In this document: positions 26,273-34,320 of the stretch, in pieces
Layout: each line of letters opens with the position of its first letter
Position numbering within the stretch: the first letter of the stretch is position 1
Assembly (NCBI GenBank): GCA_964358765.1
Contig: CAYHPN010000001.1
Coordinates: 27,182 to 91,181 of the forward strand
Source of the DNA: Candidatus Woesearchaeota archaeon
GTDB lineage: Archaea; Nanobdellota; Nanobdellia; Pacearchaeales; GW2011-AR1
Direction: 5' to 3'
Length of the DNA stretch: 64,000 nt
Notes under the pieces: model-generated
What the model was told of the DNA's origin: nothing
Databases searched by the model: none
The model's input: only the letters and a program-made list of their open reading frames with translations
Position numbers and translations under genes: made by a program

Positions 26273-27784
26273 TTATGAATTTTCTTTCATTCTTTTGATT
26301 ATATCTGCAAATGCTGGCCTTGTAATTAAGATGCCTACGCTTATACCTATTATAGTGGTAAACGCAAATCCCCTCAGCATACCGGCTCCTGCCCAGAATA
26401 AAGGCACCATAGCGGCTACAATGGTGAAAAATGCACCCATAATGATAAATAATGCTCTCTTTACTTTTTCTTTTACACTTGATGAACCCTCTGACTCTGA
26501 CTCATCAATTATAACGATTTGGTCGTTTACCCCTGTACCCATTCCAGCAATAATTCCAGCTATTGAAGGAGCGTCTAGATTCCATTTTAACAATGCTGCA
26601 ATTCCAATTGTGATAAATGCCTCTGAGAACATAGTCAAAATTACTGCTAAAGTGATTTTAATTTTTCTATATTTTACAAATAAAACAAGAGAAACTATTA
26701 AGAAAACTACAAGAGCTAAAATCATTATACTTCTTCTGAATTCTTTTCCTAAAGAAGGTGAAATTGTATCTAATTTTACAATCTCTACTTCGTAAGGAAG
26801 AGAACCTGTAAGTAGAATTGTCTGTAATTTGTTCATATTAGCTTTTGTATCTTTTAGAGCTTCTGCTTGCGTTATTCCGGAACCGGAACCTTGTATGGAA
26901 ATTTCTGTTGTTTCCTGTCCTCTTAAACCGCTGCTAATCAATAAAGAATCCATTTCTTGATCATCTACATAGAGATATAATTTTTCAGAGAGATATTTTC
27001 CTGTTTGGTCAAGAGTCAGTTCTCTTGTAATATCTGCGTGTCTCTTTGCTGCGACATCTCTTAAATATACAGCAAAATCAAAATTACAGGAATATCCTCC
27101 TTCTGAAGGAAAGCAACTTCTTATTCCAGAGCAACGAGCACTTCTACAAATATCGCTGATATCTTTTTCCTGCCCCCCTACAAAAACTGTCTTATTTCCT
27201 ATCTTTGCTTCAAATTTTCCTTGCTTTCCAACTATTTCCTTTAAATCGGATGGTGAAGCACCAGCAATTTCTATTAACATAAAATTATTCCCGCTTAAAT
27301 CCTTAACAGTACGTACATTAATATCGGTTAATCCGAATGCATTAAGCCTTTGAGAAGTGATTGCAACTAAATCTGCTGCTTCAACATCAGTTAGAGTTTT
27401 ATTTGTTGGTTTTACTAATGCTCTTGCTCCTCCACTGAGATCTAAACCAGTTTTAACTTTTGTTTTAGGAATATCTGAGACAGTTATGGAAGAGAGGTTC
27501 TGATCTAAATAAACAAAAGTTCCTTTATTAGTTACTATGCTTATTCTAGAATCGTTTTTTTTATTAAAGTTAGATGCTACGATAGAAAATTCTTCAAGTG
27601 AGCTTATTTTTTGGGAATTTATTTCTTGTAGTTTCATTCCTGGTCTTAAACCGGTAAGAAAAGCAGAAGAATTTTTTTCCACACTTGTTACAATAATTCC
27701 TTTCTGAAATGTTGGAGAGATCATTAATAAAGCTAGTAATAAAGAAGCTATTAAAATCCAGACTCTAAAAGTTATTTTTATCAT
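26273..27784 (-). CDS. secD: Protein-export membrane protein SecD
   Basis: It has an N-terminal anchor, a GLDLSGGARALV motif, a large extracytoplasmic domain and a C-terminal 5-6 TM bundle. It lies immediately downstream of secF, which is the archaeal order. Confidence 0.8.
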   Translation of the reverse strand: MIKITFRVWILIASLLLALLMISPTFQKGIIVTSVEKNSSAFLTGLRPGMKLQEINSQKISSLEEFSIVASNFNKKNDSRISIVTNKGTFVYLDQNLSSITVSDIPKTKVKTGLDLSGGARALVKPTNKTLTDVEAADLVAITSQRLNAFGLTDINVRTVKDLSGNNFMLIEIAGASPSDLKEIVGKQGKFEAKIGNKTVFVGGQEKDISDICRSARCSGIRSCFPSEGGYSCNFDFAVYLRDVAAKRHADITRELTLDQTGKYLSEKLYLYVDDQEMDSLLISSGLRGQETTEISIQGSGSGITQAEALKDTKANMNKLQTILLTGSLPYEVEIVKLDTISPSLGKEFRRSIMILALVVFLIVSLVLFVKYRKIKITLAVILTMFSEAFITIGIAALLKWNLDAPSIAGIIAGMGTGVNDQIVIIDESESEGSSSVKEKVKRALFIIMGAFFTIVAAMVPLFWAGAGMLRGFAFTTIIGISVGILITRPAFADIIKRMKENS

Positions 27785-27785
27785 T

Positions 27786-28679
27786 TTATTTTATCCTCTT
27801 TACATCGGCATACCATTTAATTAGAGAAGCGTTAGTTAGCCAAGTATTTATCATATCTGCAAATAAACCTATCGATAAAATAAGAAATATCTGTCTAAAT
27901 GAATCTGGTAGACCTGTGACAATAAAGAAAGCTGGAAGAACAGCAGCTAAGCCTGTAAAAGTCATAAAAATTCCTGTCTTAAAAGAGCCGTATATTCTTT
28001 GGTTGACTGAACCTTCCTTCTTTTTTAATACTCTTGTGGTAAGTAAAATGTCTGTGTCTACTGAATAACCTATAAGCATTAAGAACGCTGCTATTCCAGC
28101 TGAAGAGAGTTTAATACCTAAGAAATCTACTACTGCTATCGAAACTACGATATCTGCAAATGCTGCAAATATTACTGCTACACTTGGAACAAATGTTCTA
28201 AACAAAGCAAAAATTACTATAGACATTAAAATGAAAGAAATTATGATTGCAGTAATCAATTGTTTATAAAAATTCTCGCCTAAGGAAGAACCGCTGAATT
28301 CTATATTTGAGTTATCTTGAGTTAATTTTTTGCCAGTAATACTTTCAATTTCTTTCTTTAAATCTTCAGGTTGTGCAGATGAATCAATAATTAAAGCAAT
28401 ATGCTTTCCAGAAGAAATATCTGTTATTGTGCGTATTGAAACATCTCCAAATTTCTGTTTTAATGCTGTTTCTAAATTTTGGACATTAGTATCAAAATTC
28501 AAAGTTATAGTTGTTCCTCCCGATAAACTTGAATCTTTAAAAATAAAATCTCCGTTTTTGGAATAAAAAGAAGCAAGATAAATAAATGATAAAATTAATA
28601 GAATTACTGGAGGCAGAAGCATGATTTTATAATACTTGTCATACCATTGTTTTTTGTGGTGTTCTGTAGTGCTTTCCAT
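27786..28679 (-). CDS. secF: Protein-export membrane protein SecF
   Basis: SLSGGTTITLNF matches the SecF GGT motif, and LMLIGYSVDTDILLTTRV matches the GYSxxDxIVxxxR motif. It has six TM helices. Confidence 0.8.
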   Translation of the reverse strand: MESTTEHHKKQWYDKYYKIMLLPPVILLILSFIYLASFYSKNGDFIFKDSSLSGGTTITLNFDTNVQNLETALKQKFGDVSIRTITDISSGKHIALIIDSSAQPEDLKKEIESITGKKLTQDNSNIEFSGSSLGENFYKQLITAIIISFILMSIVIFALFRTFVPSVAVIFAAFADIVVSIAVVDFLGIKLSSAGIAAFLMLIGYSVDTDILLTTRVLKKKEGSVNQRIYGSFKTGIFMTFTGLAAVLPAFFIVTGLPDSFRQIFLILSIGLFADMINTWLTNASLIKWYADVKRIK

Positions 28680-28786
28680 GTTGAAATATACAATTTTTAG
28701 GGTTTTTAAAACCTAGGTTTTAAAGGATTATTGCAGTTTTATTGATTTTATTACTACTGCATTATATATAAAGAAACTAAAATTTC

Positions 28787-29314
28787 TTAATTGTCTTTCC
28801 TTTTATAAATTGGGAGGTTAAGTATCTTCGCAATTTTATTTGAAAGAGCATCTCCCTCATTAGAATATCCCCAATAAAATAGAGGAGGCCTATATTTTAG
28901 ATTAAAGTTGTTTTTGATTGATTTTATGAAGGATTTAAGAGCAAGACCTTTCCCTCTAAACTCCGGCTTGATTAAAGCAGAGCAGAGATAGATAGCTTCT
29001 GGTTTTCTATTAGATGGAGATTTTTTGAGTTTATCAAGAAGATCCGCTTCCGTAATTTTTTTAGAGATGAAATCATTCATTAACTCTTTTCTGCATGGAA
29101 AGATAAGAGTAAGGCCCACGATTTTATTTTCCTGACGGATTATATTGAGACAAGAAGAGATAACTTTACGCATTCATATGGCGTTTTCCATGGTGATAGA
29201 TGCCTGGTCTGGATCAGAAGAGGATTTAAAATATTCCTCAGCCATTTTCATTGACTCTTCCATTTCCTTAGAGTCTAATCGTGAACTCTTAATGGAGAAA
29301 TTTATCTTTTTCAT
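28787..29314 (-). pseudogene. GNAT-family N-acetyltransferase interrupted by one in-frame TGA (pseudogene or read-through)
   Basis: The ORFs 29174-29314(+) and 28787-29173 are in the same frame, separated only by the TGA at 29174-29176. The downstream part carries the GNAT motif A, IKPEFRGKGLA. Confidence 0.4.
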
Positions 29315-29356
29315 ATTAAGAGCAGGGAGAATTGGTATTAAAACATTTTTCTTTGA

Positions 29357-29361
29357 TAAAA
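29357..29361 (-). terminator. T5 tract immediately 3' of tRNA-Gly
   Basis: Five T residues on the minus strand start right after the discriminator base. This is an archaeal-style oligo-T terminator. Confidence 0.4.
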
Positions 29362-29432
29362 ATGCGCCGTACGAGAATCGAACTCGTGCTCGCTGGTTGG
29401 AAACCAGAAGTTCTACCATTAAACTAACAGCG
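29362..29432 (-). tRNA. tRNA-Gly (anticodon UCC)
   Basis: The minus-strand read is GCGCTGT TA GTTT AATGGTA GAAC T TCTGG TTTCCAA CCAGC GAGC ACGAG TTCGATT CTCGT ACGGCGC A. The cloverleaf folds with a 7-bp acceptor stem (one G-U pair). The anticodon loop is TT-TCC-AA, the discriminator is A73, and no CCA is encoded. Confidence 0.8.
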
Positions 29433-29586
29433 CTATGTAATGCCCTCGGGCAGAGTGTTTACGCACATAGAGTAATTTATTCGAAAGTTAATTTCTCATA
29501 AATTCTTATATTGGACGAATTCTTTTCGTACAAAATAACTCTCATCCCAATGGAAATTATTCTCATGATAATTTACATTATATAGA
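29433..29586 (-). repeat. Repeat unit A, about 155 nt, directly upstream of tRNA-Gly and homologous to unit B at 30748-30962 in inverted orientation
   Basis: Read on the minus strand it aligns by eye with unit B. The shared segments are atataRtgtaaattat-N7-ataatttccattgg, agttattttgt, aataagaattta, ataaattact and a GC hairpin (tgcccgagggca versus tgccctgaaagggca) followed by tta. Confidence 0.6.
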
Positions 29587-29638
29587 AACTAGTAATTCTA
29601 TTGGGTTTTAAACTTTATCATTCACATAGCTCATAATG

Positions 29639-29643
29639 AAAAA
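29639..29643 (-). terminator. T5 tract immediately 3' of tRNA-Arg
   Basis: Five T residues on the minus strand directly follow the discriminator base. Confidence 0.4.
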
Positions 29644-29720
29644 CGCCTATGGTAGGATTTGAACCTACGACTCCCACCTTAGGAGGGTGGTACTCTTAAT
29701 CCGGGCTGAGTTACACAGGC
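29644..29720 (-). tRNA. tRNA-Arg (anticodon CCU)
   Basis: The minus-strand read is GCCTGTG TA ACTC AGCCCGGATTAA GAGT A CCACC CTCCTAA GGTGG GAGTC GTAGG TTCAAAT CCTAC CATAGGC G. It is 77 nt with a full cloverleaf and no encoded CCA. Confidence 0.8.
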
Positions 29721-29816
29721 ATGTTTAAATTTAAATGATTAAATTGTTTTAAAGCTTATTGGAAGTTAAACTGTACAAAATATTTTATTGAAAAGATAAA
29801 ATCTAAATTTAATAGG

Positions 29817-29830
29817 AAATTTTTATAAAG
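29817..29830 (+). promoter_or_regulatory. TATA-like box for the CorA-like gene
   Basis: aaatttttataaag lies about 25 nt upstream of the GTG start at 29850. Confidence 0.35.
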
Positions 29831-29849
29831 AGTTAAACTAAATAATAAC

Positions 29850-30695
29850 GTGATAAAAATTACAGAAAATATAGGAGAATTAAAAAAAGAGATAGACAAA
29901 CTAAATAGGGATATTGCAATTGACGAGATACTGATTATAGATCTTCCTTTTATAGATGGCCAAAAAGATTTTACTGTAATAAATATCCCCTCCTATAATG
30001 CGGAAACTAACAATAACTTAATTTTTGTTTGCGGAGAAAAAGTTTTAGTTTTTACGCCTGTAAGAACCAGAAAACTTGAAGAAAAATTTGAAAAATTGTT
30101 AAATAAAAAGAATGGAGAGAGTACTGTTTCTATATTTATGCTACTTAAATCAATTTTGAAAAATTATTCTGTTGAATTTCTTAGGATCAGAGAAATTATG
30201 AATAACCTTGAATTGGATCCTGTTCTTGATTCTATTGAAGATGCAGCCAGGCATTTAAGAAAATTAACTGATAGAATGGAAGCACTTATCCAAATCATTA
30301 TAGAGCTAAAAGAAGAAGACATAAGATGTTTTGATGTCTCGCTTGTAAATTTTGAATATGATCTTTTAAGTACAGAATCCAGATACTGGCTGGAGAGATG
30401 CCGCAGCCATACTTATAGAATCGCTTCTTTAAGGACAAAATCGGAAATGCGATCTAATAGGGAACTAAATGATACTATGAAGAAACTTACTGTAATCATG
30501 ACATTTCTTACAATTGCAAGCATTGTTGTAAATGTTCCAGGTACAGTTGGAGCTATATTTGGAATTCCGGCGCTGTCAAATGCTTATTTTGAGTCTCATA
30601 CAACTTTATTAATCATCACTTTGATTGTAACTACGTGTCTATCAATATTATTGGGCTATATTTATTGGAAATCGCTTAATTTGAAACAGAGATAG
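29850..30695 (+). CDS. CorA-like divalent-cation transporter (divergent, no canonical GMN)
   Basis: A soluble N-terminal domain is followed by two C-terminal TM helices. The inter-helix motif reads VGAIFGIPAL where CorA has YGMNF, and the preceding LTVIMTFLTIASIVV resembles CorA TM1. Confidence 0.4.
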   Translation: MIKITENIGELKKEIDKLNRDIAIDEILIIDLPFIDGQKDFTVINIPSYNAETNNNLIFVCGEKVLVFTPVRTRKLEEKFEKLLNKKNGESTVSIFMLLKSILKNYSVEFLRIREIMNNLELDPVLDSIEDAARHLRKLTDRMEALIQIIIELKEEDIRCFDVSLVNFEYDLLSTESRYWLERCRSHTYRIASLRTKSEMRSNRELNDTMKKLTVIMTFLTIASIVVNVPGTVGAIFGIPALSNAYFESHTTLLIITLIVTTCLSILLGYIYWKSLNLKQR

Positions 30696-30747
30696 ATTTA
30701 ATGCCTGCGGACATTTCCATGCTCACGCATGTGGTGTAGTTTATTTC

Positions 30748-30962
30748 AATATAGTGTAAATTATAACTAAAATAATTTCCATTGGAAATATAGTTATTTT
30801 GTTCAAAGTAAATTTGCCCAAAATAAGAATTTAGGCAACTACTAGCTTTTGACTATCGACAATTCTGTTTTAAATTTGTCAGAATTGACGTATTAGAGAA
30901 TTTAACAGAATTCTCTATAAATTACTAAATCTCCTCTGCACCCTGCCCTGAAAGGGCATTAT
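30748..30962 (+). repeat. Repeat unit B, about 215 nt, an inverted partner of unit A with a roughly 75-nt internal insertion
   Basis: See unit A. It also carries a 10-nt inverted pair, agttattttg (30792-30801) and caaaataact (30969-30978). Confidence 0.6.
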
Positions 30963-31005
30963 TTTAAGCAAAATAACTCTCTTACATAAACTTGTTAAAT
31001 TGAAT

Positions 31006-31524
31006 TTAACAAGCCAACCTAAGCTCCAATCCTTTTTTTGCCCTATGCATTCTGGACTTAATGTCTGAATGAGATAAATTACAATCCTTTGAAATTACTT
31101 TATAATTTTGTCCGAGAAAATAATATCTTATAACTATTTCGCTTTGTTTTTTTGGCAACTCTGCTATAAAACGAATTAAATCCGAATAATCTGGTTTTTC
31201 ATCTATCTCGGTTTCTGATGATGGATATTTTATTAAAACTTGAGAATGTGGGTTATTATTTGATTCAACTAAATGAGAGAAAGAAATTTCATTCCTTCTT
31301 TTTATCTTTCTTTTATCGCTTAGAAAGTGATTTTTTGCGATTGTATACAGCCATGTTCTAAGTGATGCTCTCTTTTGATCAAAGCTTTCCTGCGAGTTTA
31401 AGGCCTTTATTATAGTTTCTTGAGCAATGTCCTGAGCATCAGAATATTGTGTAAATCGTCTTACAAAATTAAATAATCCTTCATAATGAGAAAGCAGTGT
31501 TTTTTCAAAAGATTCTGCAACCAT
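31006..31524 (-). CDS. ECF-type sigma-70 family RNA polymerase sigma factor (bacterial type)
   Basis: Region 2 reads DAQDIAQETIIKALNSQESFDQKRASLRTWLYTIAKNHFLSDKRK. Region 4.2 reads LPKKQSEIVIRYYFLGQNYKVISKDCNLSHSDIKSRMHRAKKGLELRL. Both fit the ECF consensus closely. Confidence 0.75.
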   Translation of the reverse strand: MVAESFEKTLLSHYEGLFNFVRRFTQYSDAQDIAQETIIKALNSQESFDQKRASLRTWLYTIAKNHFLSDKRKIKRRNEISFSHLVESNNNPHSQVLIKYPSSETEIDEKPDYSDLIRFIAELPKKQSEIVIRYYFLGQNYKVISKDCNLSHSDIKSRMHRAKKGLELRLAC

Positions 31525-31724
31525 GTCCAGAAAAATTAAATGGCCTTTATATCTTTTTGTATAACACGTATCAACTCAGCTTTGTGAAGCTTCGTTGGCA
31601 AAATTGCTATAAATTTTAAGTAAATTAAAATTTATAGAAGATAAATGTAAAATCTGCTTCATAAAGGTAAGCAATTACTATAACACAAAACCCTGCATTA
31701 AAATTTTAAAGTAGATTAATAATA

Positions 31725-31806
31725 TGCAGAGGAGAGGATTCGAACCTCTGAACCACTAAGGACTGGATCTTGAGTCCAGCGCGTTTGACCGCTTCGCTAC
31801 CTCTGC
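31725..31806 (-). tRNA. tRNA-Leu (anticodon CAA)
   Basis: The minus-strand read is GCAGAGG TA GCGAAGCGGTCAAACGC G CTGGA CTCAAGA TCCAG TCCTTAGTGGTTC AGAGG TTCGAAT CCTCT CCTCTGC A. It is a class II tRNA with a long variable arm, A73 and no CCA. Confidence 0.8.
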
Positions 31807-31827
31807 ACACTTTATAAAGAAAGAGTG

Positions 31828-31839
31828 ATATTTTTAAAG
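31828..31839. promoter_or_regulatory. Shared AT-rich TATA-like box between divergent tRNA-Leu and the metallophosphoesterase gene
   Basis: atatttttaaag is centred about 28 nt from the tRNA-Leu 5' end (31806) and about 26 nt from the GTG start at 31860. Confidence 0.35.
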
Positions 31840-31859
31840 TATTCTGTTTATCTAAGAAT

Positions 31860-32420
31860 GTGAAAAAGGAATTTATTATTTATTCTGATCTGCATATAGG
31901 CGGACCAAAAGAAATTAGAATGCCTTTTCTATTTTCAAAAAATACTGTTTTTCTAGGAGATAACTTTGAAATAAAGAATTCGTTAAGAAGCAATCTTGTT
32001 AATATTAAAAGACTTAGAAAAGAAACAAGAAAGAAATGCTTGAAAAATGGAGGCATTTATGTTTCTGGAAACCATTCTCTTCAGAATAAAGATCTTCAAT
32101 TCAAGAGAGGAAAAATTCTTTTTTTACATGGAGATTTAATACATTATGGGAAAGAGGGAGCAGAGAAATGGAGAAAGAAAAAACAAGGCAAATCAAAGAC
32201 ATATTGGTATTTGCTAAAATATTATAAAAAAATTGTATCAGATGATAGAGTTAATCCCTTAGAAATAAGATATCTTGAGGGAGCTTACTCTACTGCCATA
32301 AAAAATAATTGCAATGTTGTTTTAATGGGTCATTTCCACAAGAAAAAATTAATTGATATTAAATACAAAGGAATAAGAATAATTATTGTACCGCGTGGGA
32401 AAACAATAATAAGGATTTAA
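31860..32420 (+). CDS. Metallophosphoesterase (calcineurin-like)
   Basis: The motifs are SDLHIGG (DxH), FLGDNFE (GDxx), SGNHS (GNHx), FLHGD and MGHFH. It uses a GTG start. Confidence 0.6.
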   Translation: MKKEFIIYSDLHIGGPKEIRMPFLFSKNTVFLGDNFEIKNSLRSNLVNIKRLRKETRKKCLKNGGIYVSGNHSLQNKDLQFKRGKILFLHGDLIHYGKEGAEKWRKKKQGKSKTYWYLLKYYKKIVSDDRVNPLEIRYLEGAYSTAIKNNCNVVLMGHFHKKKLIDIKYKGIRIIIVPRGKTIIRI

Positions 32421-32439
32421 ATATTATATAAATAATATT

Positions 32440-33084
32440 TTATTGATTTGTGTTGGAAATATTTTTTAATTTCTTTAAAATTATATTTAGAATTTCTTCA
32501 GAAGAGATTTTCGTTGTATCTATGACAAGGTCTGCTATTTTTTCCTGATCTAACAAATTAAAATTATAAATTTTATTTAACTCCAACTTTTCAATTTCCT
32601 CTCTTTTACTTAAAAATTCTTTTGCTTTTTCTAAAGAAATATCATCTCTTTGTTTAGTTCTTATTGCCCTAATATCAAAATCGGCTTTGAACCATATTTT
32701 TAGTGTTGCATTTTTTACAATAAATATTGCAATCTTTCCGTCTATTACTATATTGCCTTTTTTACCTAAATCTTCTTGCAACTTGTCAATTATATTATTT
32801 AATTTCTTACTTTTTCCAAATTCTGTGTTCCATAAATTGTATGCGGCTGTAGAATCATCTTTTGCTTTTAATTGAGGAATTAATAAATTTCTTTGGAGAC
32901 ATAATTTATTAAACTCCTTGAAATAATATTGTTCTTTGTATGTTCCTTTAGATATATCTTTAAACAATCTTCCCGCACCAAAATAATCCAAATTTAATTT
33001 ATGAGCTAGAAGTTTTGATATTGTTGAGCTCCCTGAACCAGGTAAACCTGAAATTACGATCGTTAGTTTTTCCATTATTTGCAA
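32440..33084 (-). CDS. P-loop nucleotide kinase, archaeal-type (d)CMP kinase-like
   Basis: The P-loop and flank read ISGLPGSGSSTISKLLAHKLNLDYFGAGRLFK, resembling archaeal Cmk (GxPGSGxTT...SxGxxFR). The start is probably MEKLTIV at 33075. Confidence 0.5.
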   Translation of the reverse strand: MQIMEKLTIVISGLPGSGSSTISKLLAHKLNLDYFGAGRLFKDISKGTYKEQYYFKEFNKLCLQRNLLIPQLKAKDDSTAAYNLWNTEFGKSKKLNNIIDKLQEDLGKKGNIVIDGKIAIFIVKNATLKIWFKADFDIRAIRTKQRDDISLEKAKEFLSKREEIEKLELNKIYNFNLLDQEKIADLVIDTTKISSEEILNIILKKLKNISNTNQ

Positions 33085-33171
33085 ATATTATAGAATATTT
33101 AAAAATTGCTAAAAAAATAAAGATTTACATTCCCTAATTAATTTTAAATATAATGGATATGTAAAAAGTGA

Positions 33172-33588
33172 ATGGGGTTTAGAGAATGGAGAAAAAGTAC
33201 AAAGGGAATTTTGTTGTTTATCATACTTTGGTTCTTATTTTTATTAATTGTTAGCTTTTATTCGTACTTCTCCAATGGAGGAACTTGCAGTGTTCAATTT
33301 TATCCAACTGCCCCAGTTAATAATAGCGCAAAGGAGTGCTTTCTTCCTTTGATTTTGGGTATGACTTTGGGAATTCCGATTATAGCTGTAGGTTCGACAA
33401 TTTTTGGATTAATTGGACATTTTATTGAAAAAAGACAAAACAAAAATAGCAATAAAATAACTATAGAGAATAAAAAAGTTAATGGAATGAGTAAGTTATT
33501 AGTTATTGTAATAATAATAGCTATTATCATTGTGATTAAGATATTATTTACATTTATTAGAATGTCTTTGTTTCTTGGGACAAGATAA
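33172..33588 (+). CDS. Hypothetical membrane protein (3 TM helices)
   Basis: There are three hydrophobic helices, and a TATA-like attttaaatataa lies about 25-30 nt upstream. I recognised no family. Confidence 0.4.
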   Translation: MGFREWRKSTKGILLFIILWFLFLLIVSFYSYFSNGGTCSVQFYPTAPVNNSAKECFLPLILGMTLGIPIIAVGSTIFGLIGHFIEKRQNKNSNKITIENKKVNGMSKLLVIVIIIAIIIVIKILFTFIRMSLFLGTR

Positions 33589-33619
33589 AAATATAGGAAA
33601 ATAAAGAGATTGAAAATAA

Positions 33620-33736
33620 TGAAGACAGCATCTGTGTTTCGCCTCGTGACGGAGACTAACGCACAAGACGTGGCCTGCTTGACTTCTGTGTTCGGAAAGG
33701 GAACAGGTATTGCCAGACTACTATGGCCGTCTTCAC
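33620..33736 (-). rRNA. 5S rRNA, not linked to 16S/23S in this window
   Basis: The minus-strand read is GUGAAGACGGCCAUAGUAGUCUGGCAAUACCUGUUCCCUUUCCGAACACAGAAGUCAAGCAGGCC...GCUGUCUUCA. Terminal helix I pairs GAAGACGGC with GCUGUCUUC, and the CCGAACACAGAAGUCAAGC motif is the 5S hallmark. Confidence 0.8.
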
Positions 33737-33765
33737 TTTAATAGGAAAAACAGGGTTTTTAAGGT

Positions 33766-34320
33766 TTACTGAACTGTCAGTAGATAGGAAAGTTGAAAAG
33801 TGGGCAAAGAATCATGTAAACCGACGCTATAAGGCGTATAAAGCTTGTTTTCGTAATATTGTAGTGTGAGAGACTTTTGCTGTTGTCTCCAGTAGTTGAT
33901 TCTGGTTATAAGCCTTGTAGCCTCGATATTTGCGTACCTACGGGCTTTTCGCTTTTCATTCTGCTCTTTTTTCTGTTGCCCACTTAGGTTCTTTCTATAT
34001 TCTCTCTTCTGTTGAATAATTTTATCTTTATTCTCCTCATAGTATTGTTCCTTGGTTTTAGGAGGTTGAGGATTATTCAACTCTTCAATTAATTTGGGAA
34101 TGATGCCCTTAGCCCGAAAATTTTGATGTGTTTCTTTTTTATGCTGCTTCCTGCTTCTTTCCCTTTCTTTTTTGTTATTTTCAATGAATTCCTTTAACTC
34201 TATTTTCTTCTGAGAAAATAGTTTTCCGCATCTGGCACATTTGTACCTTTGTCTCTTCTCTAATAGAACGAGTTCATAAGAGCAATCTGGATTTGGACAT
34301 TTTGACATTATGAAATCCAC
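33766..34320 (-). CDS. Zinc-ribbon protein with a long basic Lys/Arg/Gln/Glu-rich region (ORFan)
   Basis: The zinc ribbon is CPNPDC...CARCG, followed by a roughly 120-aa highly charged segment. The start is probably MSKCP at 34308, which would overlap the upstream stop as TAATG. Confidence 0.45.
   Translation of the reverse strand: MDFIMSKCPNPDCSYELVLLEKRQRYKCARCGKLFSQKKIELKEFIENNKKERERSRKQHKKETHQNFRAKGIIPKLIEELNNPQPPKTKEQYYEENKDKIIQQKREYRKNLSGQQKKEQNEKRKARRYANIEATRLITRINYWRQQQKSLTLQYYENKLYTPYSVGLHDSLPTFQLSYLLTVQ

Noticed and set aside
28787-29419. Genome-wide UGA reassignment (a code 4/25-like code) or selenocysteine as the explanation for the in-frame TGA in the GNAT gene.
   Set aside because: TGA ends several well-supported genes here, with tight operon junctions: the stops at 46065-46067 and 47131-47133 and the end of the 50438-50686 ORF. 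I saw no SECIS-like context or selenoprotein family. A pseudogene or a sequencing error is the simpler explanation.
29362-29432. My first reading of this tRNA was tRNA-Trp (CCA), because the string ttccaac occurs in the anticodon region.
   Set aside because: Folding with standard numbering (position 26 after the D stem, a 5-bp anticodon stem and a 7-nt loop) gives the loop TT-TCC-AA with U33 and A37, so the anticodon is UCC (Gly). The CCA register would require a stem with several mismatches.
29145-29501. A 118-aa plus-strand ORF, together with the first 35 codons of the 81-aa minus-strand ORF (29315-29419).
   Set aside because: Both run through the tRNA-Gly gene and its flanks, and their composition is non-protein-like. 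They are artefacts of the ORF caller.
29433-29586. A C/D-box sRNA hidden in repeat unit A upstream of the tRNA. I considered this by analogy with archaeal tRNA-associated guide RNAs.
   Set aside because: I found only weak matches (gatgaga, atgaga) to the C box (RUGAUGA) and no properly placed D box (CUGA). The candidate boxes are also not conserved in units B and C.
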